From a bacterium (GTDB lineage Bacteria > Babelota > Babeliae > Babelales > UBA12409): a DNA stretch of 64,000 nucleotides. This document shows, piece by piece, positions 18,849 to 25,998 of this stretch (positions within the stretch are counted from its first letter, which is position 1; every line of letters begins with the position of its first letter). The notes beneath the pieces are model-generated. The model worked only from the letters and a program-made list of their open reading frames with translations. It made no database searches and was not told where the DNA came from. The translations under genes were made by a program, and so were the position numbers. The stretch spans positions 15,530 to 79,529 of the forward strand of contig JABJKG010000001.1 of the NCBI GenBank assembly GCA_018660415.1. The letters run 5' to 3'.

Positions 18849-18930
18849 TCAAATCGAATTTGCTGTTGGTTTAAGCAGTATAAATAAAGCATTTCCGACA
18901 CTGATGTTCAAATATTAAATATGCACAACT

Positions 18931-19224
18931 CTAAAAGGAAATTCTTTGTAATTTATCATAGATTTCTTTTCTATGACCGATAACCAAGATGATAAGAATT
19001 TTCTTATCTTGAATGACACTAAAAACTACTCGATAACCATCTATTCTCAATCTATAAACGTTCTTGTAGCCTTGAAGCTTCTTTATATCTAAACTTTGTT
19101 GAGTAGGTGCAACTAAATCTTTGATCTTGAACACGACTTTCTTATGCTCTAAGGTATCGAGCTTCTCAAGAAATTTTTGTGCTCTTCTTTCGATGATTAG
19201 TCGATATGAAGGATAAGAAATCAT
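18931..19224 (-). CDS. RelE/ParE-family toxin
   Basis: 97 aa with ...YRLRIDGYRVVFSVIQDKKILIILVIGHRKEIY, a typical RelE/ParE C-terminus. Overlaps the upstream antitoxin by 4 nt. Confidence 0.75.
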   Translation of the reverse strand: MISYPSYRLIIERRAQKFLEKLDTLEHKKVVFKIKDLVAPTQQSLDIKKLQGYKNVYRLRIDGYRVVFSVIQDKKILIILVIGHRKEIYDKLQRISF

Positions 19225-19427
19225 TTTTTTAATATTTTTTTGTTTGCTTCATCAAAATCTATGAACTCACCCTCTTCCAAAGCACGCTCGGCTTGCTCTC
19301 CAAAGTATGAATCTTCTAGCTTTTCTACCATTTTTTCAAAAGTGGAAATATCTAAAACAACTTCTATCTTTTTACCAGTACTATCTACAATATAGCGTGG
19401 CTCTATATCCATGGCATCTTTTTTCAT
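19221..19427 (-). CDS. Antitoxin (Phd/YefM-like) of the RelE/ParE pair
   Basis: 68 aa, acidic, with ...VVLDISTFEKMVEKLEDSYF. ATGA overlap with the toxin. Confidence 0.6.
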   Translation of the reverse strand: MKKDAMDIEPRYIVDSTGKKIEVVLDISTFEKMVEKLEDSYFGEQAERALEEGEFIDFDEANKKILKK

Positions 19428-19510
19428 AGTTTCTACCTATATAAAATTAACATTGTAGCTATTTTACTACATTTTCATAAGCTAAACAACAATAGACAAG
19501 TTCTAAGGAT

Positions 19511-19545
19511 TACTGGCGCCCCCTAATTGGCACGTTTAGGAACAA
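19511..19545 (+). repeat. Cassette-boundary repeat R2
   Basis: TACTGGCGCCCCCTAATTGGCACGTTTAGGAACAA, three substitutions from the consensus. Confidence 0.85.
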
Positions 19546-19607
19546 AATAATCATATTTACCCTAGACCATCCAAGCGAACCCCTTCTAAAACTATCTGTT
19601 TAAACTA

Positions 19608-19638
19608 TTGACTTTTGCCGCATATAGTATTACTATAT
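19608..19638 (+). promoter_or_regulatory. Putative sigma70-type promoter with overlapping palindromic operator for the HigB/HigA-like cassette
   Basis: TTGACT-17 nt-TACTAT. The palindrome ATATAGTA-T-TACTATAT (19622-19638) spans the -10 element. Confidence 0.35.
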
Positions 19639-19671
19639 ATAGTAACGACAGTATAAAAAAGGTCCTTGAGT

Positions 19672-20001
19672 ATGAAGAAATGGAAAATCGAATATTGGAC
19701 TCCTGAAAAAGACATTAGTTCCATCGAAAAGTGGTTCGACAAACTTACGAAAGGACAACTCAAATCTCTAGCTAAAGAAATCGCAATGCTTGAATTGGCA
19801 GGCAACCAGCTTAAGCTACCTCATAGTAAAGCGCTAGGAAAAGGATTGTTCGAGTTAAGAGAACGACGGTTTGGGCTTAGAGTGTATTATGGATTTTGTG
19901 GTGAGCTTGTAATCATAATACTTGCAACAGGAAACAAAAGAACCCAAGAAAAAGATATTGTAATTGCTCGTAAACGCTTATTAGAATTTAAGGAGGAATA
20001 A
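19672..20001 (+). CDS. Gp49/HigB-like RelE/ParE-superfamily toxin
   Basis: ...IEKWFDKLTKGQ...LGKGLFELRERRFGLRVYYGF..., the phage Gp49-like pattern. Toxin-first gene order. The track start at 19666 is TTG; an ATG is at 19672. Confidence 0.7.
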   Translation: MKKWKIEYWTPEKDISSIEKWFDKLTKGQLKSLAKEIAMLELAGNQLKLPHSKALGKGLFELRERRFGLRVYYGFCGELVIIILATGNKRTQEKDIVIARKRLLEFKEE

Positions 20002-20004
20002 CTG

Positions 20005-20310
20005 ATGAAAACAAAAAGCTTTCAAGATTATCTCAATAAACGGCTCAACAAACAAGAAATCGCAGAAATTAAGGAGCAAGCACAACGGGAGATTAAAATA
20101 CTTAAATCATTTCAAAAAATACTTGCTGATATGACCAATGAATATATGGAAAAAAATAAAATCGGGTTCAATGAGCTCGCCCGTCTTCTTGCTTCAAGCC
20201 CATCCCAATTGGCAAAAATTCAAAAGGGAGAAGCTAATTTACGCCTTTCTAGCGTTGCTCACCTCTTTGCCCTTATGAATAAAGACCCCAAGGATATTTT
20301 TAGAAAATAG
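20005..20310 (+). CDS. XRE-type HTH antitoxin (HigA-like)
   Basis: AGGAGG RBS. C-terminal HTH segment GFNELARLLASSPSQLAKIQKGEANLRLSSV. Confidence 0.7.
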   Translation: MKTKSFQDYLNKRLNKQEIAEIKEQAQREIKILKSFQKILADMTNEYMEKNKIGFNELARLLASSPSQLAKIQKGEANLRLSSVAHLFALMNKDPKDIFRK

Positions 20311-20355
20311 AAAGTAAAAACAAACAAGCAAATTAACTTTTGTGAGAATTTAACT

Positions 20356-20391
20356 TAACTGGCGGCCCCTAGTTGACACGTTTAGGAGCAA
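20356..20391 (+). repeat. Cassette-boundary repeat R3
   Basis: TAACTGGCGGCCCCTAGTTGACACGTTTAGGAGCAA, with a 1-nt insertion and 1 substitution. Confidence 0.85.
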
Positions 20392-20439
20392 CCAAATTAA
20401 GTTCCATACTAAGTTTAGCCCTACGCCAAAGCCTTTTCA

Positions 20440-20808
20440 CTAGTTTGAGGGAAAAGTTGGTTTTATAATGCGAATGGTTTTTTCTGTGACAACGACAAAA
20501 TTTTCAAAAAGGTCTTCTGAGTGCTTATTTAAAATTCTTTTTAGTACCAAAATTTTATTGGCTGGTTTTTCGTCAATAAGACATAACAACGTAACACCAC
20601 AATGCGGTTTTTTATCTTTGAAAACCATATCACCAAAATCTTTATCGCTGGTGATAAGTATTCTATTTTCTAGTAATGCCTTCTCTAAAACCGAATTATC
20701 ATCGATACCAGCCAATCCATCATCATAGATCGAAATGGCATCATATCCATTGTTAACTAGCCACCTAGCAACACTTGGCCCTACACATTCATCTACGAGA
20801 AACTTCAT
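20440..20808 (-). CDS. DUF5615-family (PIN-like) putative toxin
   Basis: MKFLVDECVGPSVARWL...ILITSDKDFG, recalled as the DUF5615 pattern, placed downstream of DUF433. Confidence 0.7.
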   Translation of the reverse strand: MKFLVDECVGPSVARWLVNNGYDAISIYDDGLAGIDDNSVLEKALLENRILITSDKDFGDMVFKDKKPHCGVTLLCLIDEKPANKILVLKRILNKHSEDLFENFVVVTEKTIRIIKPTFPSN

Positions 20809-20815
20809 ATCCTAC

Positions 20816-21049
20816 CTACGCGGGCAAAGGTGCAAAGGTTGTATCCTCAAGAGCATCTCGTGCAAATGTCAAACATGCAAAAATATCTTCTTTGGTAAGA
20901 TTACTATATTCTTGCACTATCTCTTCCATCGTCATACCTTGTGCCAAAAGACCCAAAACATGTTGAACTGTCAACCGAGTTCCTTTGATGACTGGCTTAC
21001 CAACCATAACTTTAGGATCTACCACAATACGGCTTTTTGTTTCTTTCAT
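20816..21049 (-). CDS. DUF433-family putative antitoxin
   Basis: IVVDPKVMVGKPVIKGTRLTVQHVLGLLAQGMTMEEIVQEY, the DUF433 pattern. Confidence 0.75.
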   Translation of the reverse strand: MKETKSRIVVDPKVMVGKPVIKGTRLTVQHVLGLLAQGMTMEEIVQEYSNLTKEDIFACLTFARDALEDTTFAPLPA

Positions 21050-21155
21050 TTTAACACCTTTCCAAAGTGATAAATCTATTATATTAATTTGTAGTCTACT
21101 ACGAAAACTAATATAAAAAAAGAATACGCCTAGAAAAGTAAAGATATGCTATAAG

Positions 21156-21190
21156 TACTGGCGGCCCCTAGTTGACACGTTTAGGAACAA
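21156..21190 (+). repeat. Cassette-boundary repeat R4
   Basis: Exact consensus TACTGGCGGCCCCTAGTTGACACGTTTAGGAACAA. Confidence 0.9.
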
Positions 21191-21260
21191 CCAAATTGAA
21201 TTCGATGGTAGTTTATACCGCTATAGAATAAGCCCTACTCCTATAAAAAAGTCCTTAATC

Positions 21261-21289
21261 TTGCACAAGTGTGACCTTTATGCTACACT
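21261..21289 (+). promoter_or_regulatory. Putative promoter of the killer/antidote cassette, possibly giving a leaderless transcript
   Basis: TTGCAC-17 nt-TACACT. The -10 element ends 6 nt before the ATG at 21296. Confidence 0.3.
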
Positions 21290-21295
21290 ATAGAT

Positions 21296-21623
21296 ATGAA
21301 GTTAATTGAGATAGTAATTTACGCTACAGACACAGGAAAAGAGCCTTTTTCTAATTGGGAAGATGGACTCGACAAAAGAATGAAAGCCATTGTAATGAAA
21401 CGGCTTGATAGAGTTAGACTTGTAATTTTGGAGATTCCAAACGTCTACAAGGGGCTAATGGTATCTGGGAATTGCGCATAGACCACGGTCCTGGATATCG
21501 AATCTATTTTGGAAAAGAAGGATCAGTGATTGTAATATTGCTTACAGGAGGAGATAAAAAAAACAAACACAAGATATTGCCAAAGCAAAGCAGTATTGGT
21601 TTGAATATAAGGAATCACTATGA
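21296..21623 (+). pseudogene. Addiction-module killer (RelE/ParE-superfamily) toxin disrupted by two frameshifts
   Basis: Three frames join to ...RLDRVRL|GNFGDSKRLQGANGIWELRIDHGPGYRIYFGKEGSVIVILLTGGDKK|KQTQDIAKAKQYWFEYKESL*. The shifts are at about 21422 and in the A8 run at 21556-21563. Confidence 0.65.
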
Positions 21624-21925
21624 AAAAAAAATTAAGAAGCTATCAAGAAAAATTATTAGAAAACCTGCATGATCCAGAACTAGCTTATCATTATCTTAAT
21701 GAAGCACTAGCTGATAATGATCCTCGCATGTTTTTACTTGCTCTCAAAAACGTTCATGACGCTCAAGGAGGCCAAATGACTGAGCTTGCTCAAAAAACAA
21801 ATTTGAGTCGTGAAAACCTTTATCGTATTCTTTCTGAAAAAGGCAATCCCAAGCTAACTAGCATTGTCTCTCTTTTAGATGCTGTAGGATTTTCTCTTGC
21901 AGTTCAACCAAATAAAAAACGATAG
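21620..21925 (+). CDS. Addiction-module antidote protein (HTH)
   Basis: DPELAYHYLNEALADNDPRMFLLALKNVHDAQGG...LSRENLYRILSEKGNPKLTSIVSLLDAVGFSL. Its start overlaps the reconstructed toxin stop (ATGA). Confidence 0.75.
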   Translation: MKKKLRSYQEKLLENLHDPELAYHYLNEALADNDPRMFLLALKNVHDAQGGQMTELAQKTNLSRENLYRILSEKGNPKLTSIVSLLDAVGFSLAVQPNKKR

Positions 21926-21997
21926 TATCAATAATATTTAATAAGTCTCAACAGATATGCATTAAAGCAAACTATAACCTTAATCGTATTTATTTCT

Positions 21998-22032
21998 TAC
22001 TGGCGGCCCCTAGCTGACACATTTAGGAACAA
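21998..22032 (+). repeat. Cassette-boundary repeat R5
   Basis: TACTGGCGGCCCCTAGCTGACACATTTAGGAACAA, two substitutions. Confidence 0.85.
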
Positions 22033-22081
22033 AAAGATCGAGCTTGGAATAGACTTAAAAACAAAAATATTAAATTATAGA

Positions 22082-22372
22082 CTATGCAAAACTTGAAGAT
22101 TGATAAATGTTTTTTCTATGCCCCACTTCAACTATGTAAATAACCAAGCGTTCAGATTCAATGGTATAAATCACACGAAATCTGCCTACTCTTAAACGAT
22201 ATAAAGCTCTGCGAGACTTAAGTTTTTTAATGTCTAAATTTTCACTATTTGTACGCAACTCTTTGATTTTTGTAATTACACGTTGCCTTGCTGATTTATC
22301 CAATGTTTTTAAAAATTTTTCTGCACTCTTAGAAAAAACTATTGTATATGCACCAAAATTGGCATGTGCCAC
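22082..22372 (-). CDS. RelE/ParE-family toxin, paralog of 18931..19224
   Basis: ...LDIKKLKSRRALYRLRVGRFRVIYTIESERLVIYIVEVGHRKNIY aligns along its length with the cassette-2 toxin. Confidence 0.75.
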   Translation of the reverse strand: MAHANFGAYTIVFSKSAEKFLKTLDKSARQRVITKIKELRTNSENLDIKKLKSRRALYRLRVGRFRVIYTIESERLVIYIVEVGHRKNIYQSSSFA

Positions 22373-22373
22373 A

Positions 22374-22595
22374 CTAATCCTCTTCTTTCAATGACTTCTC
22401 TAGCTCGTCAAGAGTACTTCCTTCTTCTTCTGGTCCTCGAGCTAAGATTTTTTCTGCCTGCATGATATCATGCAAATCCTCTAACTCTTCAACCATAGTT
22501 GTGAATGTTTTTAAATCCAATAAAACTTCAGTTTTTTCTCCACTATTATCAACAACATATTTTGGAGCAAGAGTTTCCAGTATCGATGTTTTCAT
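22374..22595 (-). CDS. Antitoxin (Phd/YefM-like), paralog of 19221..19427
   Basis: ...KYVVDNSGEKTEVLLDLKTFTTMVEELEDLHD parallels the cassette-2 antitoxin. Confidence 0.6.
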   Translation of the reverse strand: MKTSILETLAPKYVVDNSGEKTEVLLDLKTFTTMVEELEDLHDIMQAEKILARGPEEEGSTLDELEKSLKEED

Positions 22596-22709
22596 AGAAG
22601 CTTCCTTTCATGAAATATATTTTAATTAATTATAGTATAACATATCCAACAAAAAGATATCGTGAAGTCTTATTGTATGAAAAGTAAATCCAGAGCAGGA
22701 TTGTAAGTT

Positions 22710-22744
22710 TACTGGCGGCCCCTAGTTGACACGTTTAGGAACAA
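22710..22744 (+). repeat. Cassette-boundary repeat R6
   Basis: Exact consensus. It is the end of an 80-nt stretch identical to 18769-18848. Confidence 0.9.
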
Positions 22745-22846
22745 ACAAATTGATTTCAACCTCCATATAAACCCTATAGGTGTCACATTGTAATCATTTT
22801 ATATCAAGCAACAGCTGATCGTTAAACTACTTCCTAATTGCATAGC

Positions 22847-23725
22847 CTAAGCACTGCGTCTATGATCCGCAAGTATCTCATCAATAGTATGCCTAGATCG
22901 TTCGGCTTCGACGATAGTTGTATCGGTAATCCCAGCTACAACTATCAAGGCCTTCCATAAAGCCCAGGCACGACCACGCTCCCATGTTCCAGCATCAAGC
23001 AAAAGCATTGAGCGAAAAGTTTTTCGGCTTTCACTTTCGAATAGTGTCCAGGCAATCGCTAAATCGCAGGCAGGATCACCAACAGCCAGACCTCCAAAAT
23101 CGATAACGGAACTCAATTGCCCCTCTTGTACCAATAGGTTACCAGGACTGATATCACCATGAATCCATACTGGTGAATCGTGCCAAGTGGTTTTAAGCGC
23201 AGTTTTCCAAATTTCGAGCGCAGCATCAACATCGATATCATCCTTCAAAAGAGCTATAGCTTTCCTGGTTTCAGCGTCATAGATGGCTAATGATCCACCA
23301 CGATAAAAGTTATGTGTTCCCGGCAAAGGTCCCCCTTTTGTATCTATACGCTGTAGAACATTAAGAAAATTTGAAAGGCTGATGGCAATGTCATACAGAT
23401 TAGCTATTGATGCATCTGCAATTGTGCGTCCCTCAAGCCAACGATAGATTGACCAGCTCCAAGGATAACCTTTCTCTGGCCCTCCCTGAGCTAAAGGTTC
23501 TGGAATTGAAAGTGGTAGTAAAGATGCCAATCGTGGAAGCCACAACTGTTCTTTTTCTATTTGTACTGCATATTCCGTAGCACTCGGCATACGCACAAGC
23601 ATGCGCTCACCTAGTCGAAAAGTTCGATTGTCCCATCCACTCGGTACAACACGTCTAATGGGTAAGTCCTTCCATTGTGGAAACTGACTGGCTACCAAGC
23701 GGCTCACGAGTGCTTCATTTATCAT
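22847..23725 (-). CDS. Aminoglycoside phosphotransferase (APH)-family kinase
   Basis: Catalytic loop HGDISPGNLLV and VIDFGGLAVGDPACDLA. Confidence 0.75.
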   Translation of the reverse strand: MINEALVSRLVASQFPQWKDLPIRRVVPSGWDNRTFRLGERMLVRMPSATEYAVQIEKEQLWLPRLASLLPLSIPEPLAQGGPEKGYPWSWSIYRWLEGRTIADASIANLYDIAISLSNFLNVLQRIDTKGGPLPGTHNFYRGGSLAIYDAETRKAIALLKDDIDVDAALEIWKTALKTTWHDSPVWIHGDISPGNLLVQEGQLSSVIDFGGLAVGDPACDLAIAWTLFESESRKTFRSMLLLDAGTWERGRAWALWKALIVVAGITDTTIVEAERSRHTIDEILADHRRSA

Positions 23726-23771
23726 TGAAAGGCTTTCTTTTTAAGAACTATCTAACTTTCGTACCCTTGAA

Positions 23772-24860
23772 CTATATACTACCCTTGTCAGATTCAAGCA
23801 GTTTCAATGCGGCAATTACTGCTGGATTTCGATCTGTAAGTAACTTTACTTCTGGTCTAGCTTGTTCATAGGTCTCTTTAAATGCCTCAGATCGAAAAAT
23901 AGCCTGAATAAATGCATCACGCTCGTTGCCCTTAAAAATACCGCCTGTTAAATAAATTGTCTGTTTTTCACAACCTACCCTTTGTACCATCTTACTCAAC
24001 AGGATTCCAAGGTCCTGTGCGGCAGCATGCACAAGTTGCTTTGCACATTCATCTCCCCTCTTGGCCTCCAAAAAAATAGATGGTGCAAGGCTTGCAACCT
24101 GATCTGGTGTTATAGTTCCTTGCTGTAATGGAGTAACCGCATTTTTTAGCTCCATAACGCTTAAGTGCTCTTTAATGAGTGGAATTAAACTCGTTTGCTC
24201 ACCCTCTTCTTGGTCAATTTCTAATGCCTTTTTAATTGCTTGTAGTCCAATGTGATAACCACTTCCCTCATCACCAAGTAATCTTCCAAATCCCCCACGA
24301 ACGATCCTCTTACCATCAACATCTTTGCCAACACAAGCAGATCCTGTTCCGCAAATCAATAAAATCTCTCCTGGTTTAAAGGCTTGAAACATAAGGCCTC
24401 CATCTGAATAAACAAAAAGATTATCGGGTAAAAAACCAATATCATGTAATATTTTTCGAATAGCTAGGTTATTCATTGAGGCTCCTCCCCCAGCAAGACC
24501 AGCAAGACCAGCAAAAATTATCATATCTTTTTTTACATCATCTATAGGAAGCTTTTTATCTCCAACCTTCATACCATTGAATAGAGATTGAAGCCTTTGT
24601 TGCACTCCTTTTTCACCAATTGTACACATATTGGAACCAGGCACCTTCACAGATTCTACTGGCACATCATGCTTGAAAATGGGCACCAGCCTTCCTTGAT
24701 TATCCATCACCTGCATCTCGGTTTTACTTCCACCGCCATCAATACAACAAATATACGTAGCCGATGACAACTTCTCCCTAATCTCCTGAGCTGATGATTC
24801 AAATGCGACTAGATTTGCAATAATAAGTCCTATCTTTAAAACAAATATAGGATGTTTCAT
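23772..24860 (-). CDS. BadF/BadG/BcrA/BcrD-type ATPase (N-acetylglucosamine kinase-like) with N-terminal signal-like segment
   Basis: CIDGGGSKTE phosphate-1 motif, ICGTGSAC, DEGSGYHIG. N-terminus MKHPIFVLKIGLIIANLVAFESSA. Confidence 0.6.
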   Translation of the reverse strand: MKHPIFVLKIGLIIANLVAFESSAQEIREKLSSATYICCIDGGGSKTEMQVMDNQGRLVPIFKHDVPVESVKVPGSNMCTIGEKGVQQRLQSLFNGMKVGDKKLPIDDVKKDMIIFAGLAGLAGGGASMNNLAIRKILHDIGFLPDNLFVYSDGGLMFQAFKPGEILLICGTGSACVGKDVDGKRIVRGGFGRLLGDEGSGYHIGLQAIKKALEIDQEEGEQTSLIPLIKEHLSVMELKNAVTPLQQGTITPDQVASLAPSIFLEAKRGDECAKQLVHAAAQDLGILLSKMVQRVGCEKQTIYLTGGIFKGNERDAFIQAIFRSEAFKETYEQARPEVKLLTDRNPAVIAALKLLESDKGSI

Positions 24861-24869
24861 AGTTCCTCT

Positions 24870-25271
24870 TCAATCTATAATTTCTGGATATTTTTCAGGA
24901 GCAGCTAAACAATATTTTTCGCCATATCCCCCTTCTGGGTGTTCGGCTACACTAACAAACTTGCGTCCTTCAAAACCACCCCGCTCTTGATGCTTCTGTT
25001 TCTGCTTATCCATAACATCCTGCAAGGTAAATTTATTAACTTCACAAAAAGAATCTATTACTTCTAAAACATCTGCTAGCTCTTCGATCAACTCTAATTT
25101 GTCTTTTGCAGCACAAACCTCTTCAGCCTCTTCCATAAGCTTTAGTTTTATTTGCTCTGAAAATTCTTCATCATTGAGTCTTGTCCAAGTAACCTTGGAT
25201 CCTCGTTGCTCAATAAAATTAACCGCATTGTCTCGCCATAGCTTGTGTTGTTTGAATTTACGAAATTTCAT
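24870..25271 (-). CDS. MazG-like all-alpha nucleoside triphosphate pyrophosphohydrolase
   Basis: KLWRDNAVNFI...KLMEEAEEV...EELADVLEVIDS...ERGGFEGRKF. Confidence 0.55.
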   Translation of the reverse strand: MKFRKFKQHKLWRDNAVNFIEQRGSKVTWTRLNDEEFSEQIKLKLMEEAEEVCAAKDKLELIEELADVLEVIDSFCEVNKFTLQDVMDKQKQKHQERGGFEGRKFVSVAEHPEGGYGEKYCLAAPEKYPEIID

Positions 25272-25284
25272 ATGATTTCCTTTC

Positions 25285-25998
25285 TTACACTTTAAGCTTT
25301 GTTGAATCTGTAAATTTCTGATAAGAATTTAACAACCAAATTGAATGAATTGGCTCTTGAAAGGTCTCCTCATACACTGTAATAAAATCGACGAATTTTT
25401 TATGCGCTTGTCGCTTTTCATCATCGCTTAAGTTGCTATTGTCTTCTGGAGCATGATGAAAAAAGTGCCCAAAAACATCGTTTCCAAATTTAGCATATTC
25501 TTTTGTAAATAGGATGAACATGTGCCATAGATTATCAACATCAGTGCTATACATACCCAACCCCTTACACTTATTACCGAGTATAAAATAGCGTCTCAAT
25601 TCTTTGGAAAGAATTTCCATCTCCTCGTCAGTGTATCTAAATGTGGTTTGGCATTTTTTAATTGCATAGTCCATAGGATAATCCAAAGTCTTAAGATCTG
25701 CCCAACTATTTAGCTTCCACGGCTTTCCTTGGCGATTACCAAAATTACATTCTTGAATCTCTATCATTTCTATTTTAGTGGCTGATATGAATTTGGATAC
25801 AATCTCGGCAGTCTGCGAGGCTCTTTTGAGAGGACTATAAAACACATGTGTTATTTCATGTTGCTGAACAATATTTTCATAAGCCTGTCGTACACCAGTA
25901 TCATTAAGCGGTACATCTACCTGTCCCTGACACAGTCCTTCAAAATTCCAGTCCGTTAATCCGTGCCGCATAAAATAAAATGGTTTACGAATGATCAT
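25285..25998 (-). CDS. Truncated histidine-phosphatase domain fused to a GRDP/DUF1399-like domain
   Basis: N-terminus FMRHGLTDWN...PLNDTGVRQA...SPLKRASQTAEIV. C-terminus VDNLWHMFILFTKEYAKF...FFHHAPED. 4-nt overlap with the upstream gene. Confidence 0.5.
   Translation of the reverse strand: MIIRKPFYFMRHGLTDWNFEGLCQGQVDVPLNDTGVRQAYENIVQQHEITHVFYSPLKRASQTAEIVSKFISATKIEMIEIQECNFGNRQGKPWKLNSWADLKTLDYPMDYAIKKCQTTFRYTDEEMEILSKELRRYFILGNKCKGLGMYSTDVDNLWHMFILFTKEYAKFGNDVFGHFFHHAPEDNSNLSDDEKRQAHKKFVDFITVYEETFQEPIHSIWLLNSYQKFTDSTKLKV

Larger units (their letters stand above)
17604..22744 (+). other. Repeat-delimited array of six toxin-antitoxin-type gene cassettes (integron-like architecture, no integrase seen)
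   Basis: Seven same-orientation copies of a ~35-nt GC-rich repeat spaced 697-1210 nt start-to-start. Each interval holds exactly one TA-type module. Confidence 0.7.

Noticed and set aside
18831-18870. The TTGACA in the repeat as a bona fide -35 of a strong promoter
   Set aside because: The sequences 17-18 nt downstream (ATCGAA/TTGAAT/TTGATT/TTAAGT) are poor -10 matches. Both plus-strand cassettes show a better promoter of their own, and I did not check the minus-strand ones. Kept only as a hypothesis inside another finding.
17604-22744. Could the regularly spaced repeats be a CRISPR array?
   Set aside because: The intervals are 0.7-1.2 kb and contain complete protein-coding TA modules, not 25-40 nt spacers. 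No cas genes are present in the window.
17604-22744. A canonical integron or CALIN with attC sites
   Set aside because: I could not find RYYYAAC...GTTRRRY core pairs or the usual imperfect long hairpin within the repeat. No IntI-type tyrosine recombinase or attI/Pc region is visible. It is therefore reported only as integron-like, pending an attC covariance-model search.
17604-22744. Xer/dif-type (pdif-like) module boundaries
   Set aside because: The repeat does not resemble the 11-6-11 XerC/XerD site organisation or the conserved TTATGTTAAAT-type XerD arm. All copies are direct rather than alternating in orientation.
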